A DNA stretch of 56,938 bases. Source: an uncultured virus (IMG/VR IMGVR_UViG_3300036766_001530). Its lineage: Duplodnaviria; Heunggongvirae; Uroviricota; Caudoviricetes. Numbering within the stretch: position 1 is the stretch's first letter; each line of letters begins with the position of its first letter. Below, piece after piece: positions 16,882 through 24,357 of the stretch. Where the stretch lies: IMG/VR virus record IMGVR_UViG_3300036766_001530; one strand, 5' to 3'. Below the pieces are notes generated by a model. The model was not told where the DNA came from. It did no database searches and was given only the letters and a program-made list of their open reading frames with translations. Made by a program: the position numbers and the translations under genes.

Positions 16882-17513
16882 TGGCATTCGACAAAGACGA
16901 AGAATCTCTCCGCCTCAGCGGCGACGAGATCGGCTTCTCGACGCCAAGGTGGCTCAAGAACATCGGCCGCGGCAGCTCTGGCGCCGCGCAAGCGGTCGTC
17001 CGGCACATCGCGGCCAACCCCAAGACCTACATCACCGCGGCTGCCCTGCTCACGGCCGGCGCCGCCGCGCCGATCATCATCGCGGCCATGAAACGCGACG
17101 AGGCCGCCGCTTCATCTCCCATTCCCGAAGCACCAGCTCCTCAGGAGACGACTGCCTCGGCTCCTTCGCCCGATGAGCCAACCGCAATCATCGGCCGCGG
17201 TCGTGGTGGCGGACGCGGCGGCGGCGGCGGAATGCGTCGCCATTTCGGCCATCGCGGCCGTGGCTGGGGAGGCTGGGGTGGTGGTCCGTGGGGCTACGAC
17301 GACTATGGCGATCCGTTCGTCTCGCCGGTCTTCATCGAGCGGCCGAATGTCGATTCGATGTTCCCGACTTCCGAGGACGAACCATCCTCTCCCAACCCCA
17401 AGGCTGCCCAGCTCGCCAGCCTCCGCTCGCAGTACAACGCGGCCAAGAAAAAGGGCGACAAGAAGCTGACTGCGACTCTCGGACAGCGTATTCTGGCTCT
17501 CACCACCTCTTAA
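16881..17513 (+). CDS. Core/membrane protein, MAFDKDE family
   Basis: MAFDKDEESLRLSGDEIG; hydrophobic helix; RGG-rich segment. Confidence 0.8.
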   Translation: MAFDKDEESLRLSGDEIGFSTPRWLKNIGRGSSGAAQAVVRHIAANPKTYITAAALLTAGAAAPIIIAAMKRDEAAASSPIPEAPAPQETTASAPSPDEPTAIIGRGRGGGRGGGGGMRRHFGHRGRGWGGWGGGPWGYDDYGDPFVSPVFIERPNVDSMFPTSEDEPSSPNPKAAQLASLRSQYNAAKKKGDKKLTATLGQRILALTTS

Positions 17514-17796
17514 CGAGGTACTTCAACCATGGAACTCTCTCGCATCTTCAATCGTGAGTCGCGAAGCGACGAACTCCGGTTCCGGCCCGGTCCGAACTGA
17601 ACTCCAAAACGAAAGCAACTTCAAACTGACCACGTCCTCTTAGACGAGGTACTTCAACCATGGAACTCTCTCGCATCTTCAATCTTTGGGCGAACAAGTG
17701 AGTCGCGAAGCGACGAACTCCGGTCTGGTCCGATCCGGACTGGGCCCCAAGGCAACTTCAAACTGACCACGTCCTCTTAGACGAGGTACTTCAACC

Positions 17797-20700
17797 ATGG
17801 AACTCTCTCGCATCTTCAATCTTTGGGCGAACAAGGGCAGCAAGCCCGAGCCCGAGCCCAAGGCTCACAATCTCCGTCCCGCAATCTCCATCCGCAACGA
17901 GGGTGACAAGGTCTGCGCGACACTGAGTCTCGACACGGCGCAGGGCAAGCGCGAGTACACCGCGTGCGTTCTGCCCTCCGAGGTCGAGGAGATCCGCAAG
18001 CTCATCTACGACTGGGTCCACCATCGCAACACCGCCGCTCTCGCGAAGATGCCCGAGCACGCAAGACTCGCCGCGACCACTTCGCTCGGCGAGTCGGAAA
18101 CCCTCAACCCCTTCGAGAAAAGTGAGCCGCGAAGCGGCGAACTCCGGTCCGGTTCCGGACAAAAGACCAAGCAGCTCGACCCCGGCGAGACCATGACCCC
18201 GTCCTGGGCCAAGTCCGGCAAAAGCCCCGCCATCCCCAAGAAGACCGCCACCTACGATCCGGACGCTCTTCTGCCCATGGCTGACGGCCGCAAGCTCAAG
18301 GGCAAGGTCACCAAGGCCCCCTTCGATCCGGACGCTCCTCTTCCCGTCTCCTTCACCAAAAAGAAGGACTCCAGGCACGGCGCGGCGACCGCAGCCGTGA
18401 CCGATCCGGACGCTCCGATGCCCATGTCGACGTCCGGCGACTCCATCACGATCCTCGGTCAGGACGCGGTCGACCAGATCGCCGAGAGCCACATCCGAGG
18501 ACTCGTGCTCGACCGCCTCGACAAGGCCGCCCCCAAGGGAGCCATGGAAGCCGTCGCTCGTCTGGAACTGTCTCGTCGCGTGACGACGAGCGGCGCCGGC
18601 TTCCATGAGGATGACGCTCTCGACACCCAGCCCGGGGAGCCCCGCGACGTCCTCCTCGACTTCGGCCCGGACACGACCTTCCTCGACGACTCGACGCACG
18701 AAGCCGAGATGATGAAGAAGATGAACCAGGGCACGAGCGCGATCGACAAGACGCTGCTCGATCAGATGTACGGCGAACTCCGCTCCGATCTGTCCGGAAT
18801 GACCGCCCTCGAAAAGGCCGCCCTCGGAGCCACCGCGGGTGTCGCGACCGCAGCCCTCGTCCGATCGGCTCAGGAGGCCAGCGCCTTGCGAGAGAGCAGG
18901 GGCCTGGCAATGAAAGCCCCTCCGGAAGAGAGCGACTTCATCGTCGGCATCGACCTCGAAGGAGCCTTTGTCGGCGAAAAGCAGATCCTCTCTGGAACCA
19001 TCGAGCCAATCGTTTCCGACGGCAAGACCGTCGGCTGGAAACTCCCTGACCAGGGGATCGCCAAGCGCCTGAAGAAGACCGACTCGAAGCACTCCAAGCG
19101 GTTCGTTCCAGATCGTGACAAGGAAAAGCTCGCCCTCGTCAAGCAACTCGAAAAGGCGCTCGTCACCCGACGCGCCAACTACCTCGCGTTCCAGAAGGGC
19201 GCCGCCAAGCCGACGCCGATCCAGATCGCCAGCGCCAAGACCTGGGCCGCCGCCAAGATCAAGAAACACGGCCTGCCCCTGCCGGCAAGCGCCGTCATCG
19301 GAGAGGCCACCTTCTCGGCGCTCCCGCAGGGCGTCTTCTGGGACCCGAAGAAGGGCGCCCTGCCCGGCACCAACCCGCAGACCGGCCGCTACGATGCTCA
19401 GTACCCAGCCCCAGATCCGCGCACCGCTTCCACGTCCCCGCTCCCCCAGCCCGGCTACACGTCGCCACTCGCTCGGCCCGGCTACACGTCGCCGCTTCCG
19501 ATCGCCGCCCCCTCGTATCCCAGAGCCTTCGCACCCATCACGTACCCGGGGGCCCGCCGACCACTTCCCACCTCCCCTGCCGCCATGCAGTTCCGACTGC
19601 CCCCCGGCCCCCGGCCATCGGCTCCCATCATGGCCGCTCTGCAAGTCTGGCACGGAGCGAACCGAGGCAACCAGTTCTACCGCCGCGAGGTTCTCGCCGC
19701 CAAAGCAGACGAAGGCCGTGGTGTGCCTCTCGCGCGCCAGCGCATGAACGAGCTGCGGGCCGCCAGATCGTGGTGGCGGAAGCGCATGCGCAAGCGACCC
19801 GTTGCCCATGGTCCGATGGGTCCCGCGTCCATCGCCGCGCTGGCCGCTCGCAGATACACGTCCACGGCCAGGGCGGCTATGATGGGTGCGACGGGAGCCG
19901 CTGCCGACAAGCGCCTCGGTCCCCTGCCCTCCAACGCCTTCGCCGGCATCGAGGACTGGGTGCTCGACGCGCTCATCCGTACCCGCGCGGGCGAGAAGGC
20001 CGCCTGGGTATCCATCAACTCGGTGGCCAATCGCCCCGAGGTCGCGGCGGCAATCGCTGCCGCCACTGCGCGGCTTGCGCTCCAGACTCCCGGCAAGACC
20101 TGGAAGTCGCCCAACGGCTACGCCTACAAGCTCTCGCCGGACGGGAGCTGGGTGCGCCTGCCCGGCAAGCCGGCTGCAACCTCGACAGCCATGGGACTCT
20201 CCGCCGTGGATCTCGATCCTCGCTCCTGGTTCTGGTGGAGCAAGGAAGAGACCGCCCTGCGCAAGAAGCGGCGCGAGGCGAGGGCTCGCTCCGAGCAGCT
20301 CGAAAAGATCGCTCCCATCGCCCAGGAGACCGTGGCACTCCGGGCCAAGAGCGCCGAGATGGAGAAGATCGTCCAGGAGGCTCAGTCGTCTGGCGATTCG
20401 CTCACCGGCTCTCACGTGCCCGGCCACATCGACGAGACCGGCACCTGGCCGGCCACGACGGCCCCGATCGAATCCGAGCCTCCCGCCACTCTCGACACTT
20501 CGCGGGCTCCTCTCATCACCTTCCTCGGCACCTGGTGGAACCCGACGACCTGGTTCAAGAAGAAAGCCGAGGAGACCCTCAAGGACTCCGAGGTCGAAGC
20601 TCCTCCGAGCGTGCCCCAGATCGTCGTGATTGATGACCAGGACCAGGACCAGGACCGGGACCAGGACGACCGGGACCAGGACCAGGACCAGGGCGACAAT

Positions 20701-23700
20701 AGCTACGACTACGACGACGCGAGCGGTGTGAGCGCTCTCGACGTCATGCGCGTGCCCGAGCAGATCATCCGATCGCTCGCGGCTCCCAAGCCCGCGCTCT
20801 CTCACCTCACGTCGCTGACAGCACCAGCCCCAGTGGCTCCCGCTACGGCTCCCAGGACCGGCGCCCGAACGGCCCCGGCCTCGACGGCCGCTGCCCCGAC
20901 CACCAAGCCCAAGTACGAAGAAGAAGTGAACGAAGGAGACATCACCATGGGTCACGAGAACGAGGAAGACATGAGGGGTGTCGATGGTGATGCCTTCGTC
21001 GGAGACGATGTCGGCTTCGGCTTCGGCGATCTCATCAAGTGGCCTCTCAAGGGTGTCGAGCGCGTGCTGACCGGCACCTACTACGGAGCCAAAGGCTTGA
21101 CGCTGGGCACCTACAAGGGCGTCCGCTACGGGACCGACGAGCCCGGCAAGAAGCAATCGCCCATGGAGAAGCGCGCTGCGGCTCGCAAGAAGAAGCGTGA
21201 AGCCGCCGCCAAGCGCAAACTGGCAGCCGCCAAGCGCCAGCGGGCCGCCGTTGCCCAGCAGCGTGCCGCTCGTGCCGAGCGTGCCGAGGAGCGCGCCGCT
21301 GCCCAGGCCGAGGCCCGAGCCGCCGCCGCCGAGGCCGCCGCTGCCGAAGCCGAGGCTGGCGATCTCGAAGCTGACGCTTCCGAAGCCGGCCCGGACGCCG
21401 GGGCCCCGGACGAGGGCGAGAGCATGGACAACACCACTTCGGAGGGCGACGCCTTCGTCGGCGCCGAGGCCGTCAAGAAGGCCCAGGCGAAGCTCCACCC
21501 GGCCGCCAAGAAGTATCTCGGACCAGCGGCCAAGGTCGCCGCCACTGCCACACCCGCCGGGGCCCAGATCCGAGCTGGCCAGGAGTTGTACAAGGCCGGG
21601 AAGAAGGGCCACCCGCAGGCGAAAAAGGCCATCGAGACCATCGCCCAGAAGGCCACCGAGGGTCACCCGCAGGCGAAGAAGGACATGGCTGCCCTCCACG
21701 CAGGCCGCCAGGCAGAGATGGAGATGAAGACGGCCCGCAAGGCCGATGTGGCCATCAAGAGAAAAGACGCCCAGCAGAAGCGCCAGGTCTCGCAGCGCAA
21801 GCACGTCGAACTGCTCGCGCTCTATGGGGCGGGCGTGACGGTCCCCCAGGCTCCACGAGATCCGGCTAAGCGCCGCTTCAACGCCGCTCTCGAAGCGGAC
21901 AAGAAGGTCGCCGCGGGCGATCCGAAGGCTCGCGGCGAAAAGGCCATCATCGACGCCGCCGCCTCCCAGGGCAATCCAACGGCCAAGAAGATGCAGAAGG
22001 AAGCGGCGGTCGCCCGCGTCGTCAACCAGCAGACGAAAACTCCAGAAGATCGCAAACGGTTCGCCGCCGCGTACGCGATGTACAAAGATCAGAACAAGTG
22101 GGGCCATCGTGGAGCGAAGGCGAGGGAGGGCCTGAAGTTCATGTACGACGCCGCTGCCGCTGGCGATCCGAAAGCCATCAAGGCAATCGACGCGATGAAG
22201 GCTGCCATCGCCGCCGACATCGCCATCAAGGGCAAGAAGCACGAGGTCTACGCCTCCCGCAAAGAAAAGATGGAGAAAACGCGCCCGGCGTCTCCCACCA
22301 AGAAGATCGAGAGGATCGATCTGGAAGCGGAGGCAAGGCCCGACGTCGGCTACCCGATCTTGCGCCTGGGCGCAACCGGCGCAGCGGTAGGCAAGCTCCA
22401 GGGCCAGCTCAACACCGCGGGCTTCGGTCCCCTCAAGATCGACGGGGCCTTCGGTCCCGGCACGAAGAAAGCCGTCATGCGATTCCAGGTGTCCCGCCGG
22501 CTGCCCGCCAATGGTGTCGCCGGTCCCAAGACGCAGCAGGCTCTCTCGGCTGCTCCGTCAGCTCCCGCGCCCCTGGTCGCCAGAAAGGATGAAAGCGTCG
22601 AGCAGCTCATGCAGAGAGCGACCGGCGGAAAGAAGCCGGCCCCGGTCGCCACGCCGACCGCTCCCTCGATCACCACTCTGCGTCTCGGCTCTCATGGCCC
22701 GGCGGTCGGCAAGCTCCAGGGCCAGCTCAACACCACCGGTCACTGGCCCCTCAAGGACCCTCTCAAGATCGACGGCGTCTTCGGCCCCAGCACTCGAACT
22801 GCCGTGATGGGATTCCAGAAGTCGCATGGGCTCACGCCTGATGGCGTCGCCGGCCCCAGGACGCTCGCGGCTCTCTCGGCCGCTCCGCCAGTTGCCCCGC
22901 CTCTCGTCGCCAGGAAAGTTGCTCCCACCGGAGTTGACCCCTGGGCTACCGCACAGGTTCCGACCTCGATCGCCGTCCTGCGTCTCGGCTCTCGCGGCCC
23001 CGCGGTCGGCAAGCTTCAGGGCCAGCTCAACACGGCCGGCTTCGGACCCCTCAAGATCGACGGCGCCTTCGGCCCCGGCACAAGGAGATCCGTTGTCCGG
23101 TTCCAGGCCTCCCGCAAGCTCAAGCCGGACGGCATCGCCGGCCCGCAGACGCTCGCGGCCCTTGCGGCTACTCCGCCGGCCTCGCCCGCCGTTGCGGACG
23201 TCCGGAAGATGGTCGAGAAGCACAAGGGCGAGACCGTTCCCACTCCCAACAAGATCGACCAGTCGAAGTTCTCGCCCGCCGCGCAGCAGAAAATCGAGGA
23301 AGCCAAGCGAGATCCGGCCGTGAAAGAAGAGATCAGGACCACCCAAAAGTCGGTCGAGAAAGCTCTCGCGGGCGATCAGACCGAGGCGCTGAATGTGAGA
23401 GAGCAGGCCAAGAATCCTGCCACGTCCGGCATCACCGAGGTCGCAACCGCTCTCGCCGCCTCCAAGGCTCCTGCCGGCACGTTCCCTGGTAGTCCCGGCG
23501 GCCCTGGTGGTCCCGGCGGCCCTGGTGGTCCCGGCGGTCCTGGAGGTCCCGGCCCGGTGCCTCCCGAGATCGCCAAGCAGCTCTCCACCCCCGACGGCAA
23601 GATCAACCTGGCGGCCCTACCTCCTCCGGCCCGGGAGGCCGTCATCACCGCCCAGCACGATCCTGAGGCGGCCGACAAGCTCGCGAGCAACGCCAAGATC

Positions 23701-24354
23701 CTGAAAGATGCTCACGCGAATGTTCCGGGAGCACAGGACAAGGTCGACGAGGCCATGCAGAGCCCAGACACCGCCGCCGGCATGGCGGCAGCCACCGCCT
23801 TCCTCGCCGCCAAGCAGCGGCGAGCGGAGTCCGGCCTGCCCCCGGCCCCGATCGCCACCACCGGCAAGCCCCTTGGAGCTGGAGGTCCCGCTCGCGAGAC
23901 CATGACCCCTCCCGAGTTCGAGGAAGGACCCTCGGCGACCGAACCATCACCAGCCGCCGTCCAGGCAGCCGTCGAAGCAACCCCGGACGCCGCAAGAAAG
24001 ATCGACCTATTCAATGCCGGAGATCCGGCGACGAAAAAGGAGTTCGCCGAGGCCGCCAAAGTCCTGAAGGCCAAGGAAGCTGGCAACCCCGCCGCCAGGG
24101 ATCTCATCAAGCAGGCCCAGAAGGACGCGGACGAAGGCCACAAGCCGGCCAAGGAAGCTCTCGCGACCTTGATTGGCGTCCAATACCTCATCATCATCCA
24201 CAAGGGACGCAAGCGCACGAAGGCCGCCGAGCAGCTCGCGCAAGCGATACCAAGCCGTGCGGAGTTGCGAGTGATGGAACCAGAGGCGTTCGGCCACTGG
24301 TACACGGGGCCGTTCTCGACGTACCGCAACGCAGTCCGCATGGGATGGAGCTGA
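17797..24354 (+). CDS. Giant 2185-aa virion protein with three peptidoglycan-binding (PG_binding_1-type) domains
   Basis: Three LRLG..G.AVGKLQGQLN..G...IDG.FGP.T...V..FQ....L..DG.AGP.T units at about 22360-23165; GDAFVG motifs; DQ and GGP low-complexity tracts. Confidence 0.85.
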   Translation: MELSRIFNLWANKGSKPEPEPKAHNLRPAISIRNEGDKVCATLSLDTAQGKREYTACVLPSEVEEIRKLIYDWVHHRNTAALAKMPEHARLAATTSLGESETLNPFEKSEPRSGELRSGSGQKTKQLDPGETMTPSWAKSGKSPAIPKKTATYDPDALLPMADGRKLKGKVTKAPFDPDAPLPVSFTKKKDSRHGAATAAVTDPDAPMPMSTSGDSITILGQDAVDQIAESHIRGLVLDRLDKAAPKGAMEAVARLELSRRVTTSGAGFHEDDALDTQPGEPRDVLLDFGPDTTFLDDSTHEAEMMKKMNQGTSAIDKTLLDQMYGELRSDLSGMTALEKAALGATAGVATAALVRSAQEASALRESRGLAMKAPPEESDFIVGIDLEGAFVGEKQILSGTIEPIVSDGKTVGWKLPDQGIAKRLKKTDSKHSKRFVPDRDKEKLALVKQLEKALVTRRANYLAFQKGAAKPTPIQIASAKTWAAAKIKKHGLPLPASAVIGEATFSALPQGVFWDPKKGALPGTNPQTGRYDAQYPAPDPRTASTSPLPQPGYTSPLARPGYTSPLPIAAPSYPRAFAPITYPGARRPLPTSPAAMQFRLPPGPRPSAPIMAALQVWHGANRGNQFYRREVLAAKADEGRGVPLARQRMNELRAARSWWRKRMRKRPVAHGPMGPASIAALAARRYTSTARAAMMGATGAAADKRLGPLPSNAFAGIEDWVLDALIRTRAGEKAAWVSINSVANRPEVAAAIAAATARLALQTPGKTWKSPNGYAYKLSPDGSWVRLPGKPAATSTAMGLSAVDLDPRSWFWWSKEETALRKKRREARARSEQLEKIAPIAQETVALRAKSAEMEKIVQEAQSSGDSLTGSHVPGHIDETGTWPATTAPIESEPPATLDTSRAPLITFLGTWWNPTTWFKKKAEETLKDSEVEAPPSVPQIVVIDDQDQDQDRDQDDRDQDQDQGDNSYDYDDASGVSALDVMRVPEQIIRSLAAPKPALSHLTSLTAPAPVAPATAPRTGARTAPASTAAAPTTKPKYEEEVNEGDITMGHENEEDMRGVDGDAFVGDDVGFGFGDLIKWPLKGVERVLTGTYYGAKGLTLGTYKGVRYGTDEPGKKQSPMEKRAAARKKKREAAAKRKLAAAKRQRAAVAQQRAARAERAEERAAAQAEARAAAAEAAAAEAEAGDLEADASEAGPDAGAPDEGESMDNTTSEGDAFVGAEAVKKAQAKLHPAAKKYLGPAAKVAATATPAGAQIRAGQELYKAGKKGHPQAKKAIETIAQKATEGHPQAKKDMAALHAGRQAEMEMKTARKADVAIKRKDAQQKRQVSQRKHVELLALYGAGVTVPQAPRDPAKRRFNAALEADKKVAAGDPKARGEKAIIDAAASQGNPTAKKMQKEAAVARVVNQQTKTPEDRKRFAAAYAMYKDQNKWGHRGAKAREGLKFMYDAAAAGDPKAIKAIDAMKAAIAADIAIKGKKHEVYASRKEKMEKTRPASPTKKIERIDLEAEARPDVGYPILRLGATGAAVGKLQGQLNTAGFGPLKIDGAFGPGTKKAVMRFQVSRRLPANGVAGPKTQQALSAAPSAPAPLVARKDESVEQLMQRATGGKKPAPVATPTAPSITTLRLGSHGPAVGKLQGQLNTTGHWPLKDPLKIDGVFGPSTRTAVMGFQKSHGLTPDGVAGPRTLAALSAAPPVAPPLVARKVAPTGVDPWATAQVPTSIAVLRLGSRGPAVGKLQGQLNTAGFGPLKIDGAFGPGTRRSVVRFQASRKLKPDGIAGPQTLAALAATPPASPAVADVRKMVEKHKGETVPTPNKIDQSKFSPAAQQKIEEAKRDPAVKEEIRTTQKSVEKALAGDQTEALNVREQAKNPATSGITEVATALAASKAPAGTFPGSPGGPGGPGGPGGPGGPGGPGPVPPEIAKQLSTPDGKINLAALPPPAREAVITAQHDPEAADKLASNAKILKDAHANVPGAQDKVDEAMQSPDTAAGMAAATAFLAAKQRRAESGLPPAPIATTGKPLGAGGPARETMTPPEFEEGPSATEPSPAAVQAAVEATPDAARKIDLFNAGDPATKKEFAEAAKVLKAKEAGNPAARDLIKQAQKDADEGHKPAKEALATLIGVQYLIIIHKGRKRTKAAEQLAQAIPSRAELRVMEPEAFGHWYTGPFSTYRNAVRMGWS

Positions 24355-24357
24355 CCA

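Noticed and set aside
13282..17513. RiPP/bacteriocin precursor cluster (leader + Gly motif)
   Set aside because: No modifying enzymes or peptidase-ABC transporter in the window; the motif also occurs in capsid-like and giant proteins
18771..18797. Extra element copy (GGCGAACTCCGCTCCGATCTGTCCGG)
   Set aside because: Only the tail matches and the hairpin is absent; not counted
17791..22242. 1483-aa ORF on the - strand
   Set aside because: Antisense shadow of the strongly biased 2185-aa gene; no motifs of its own
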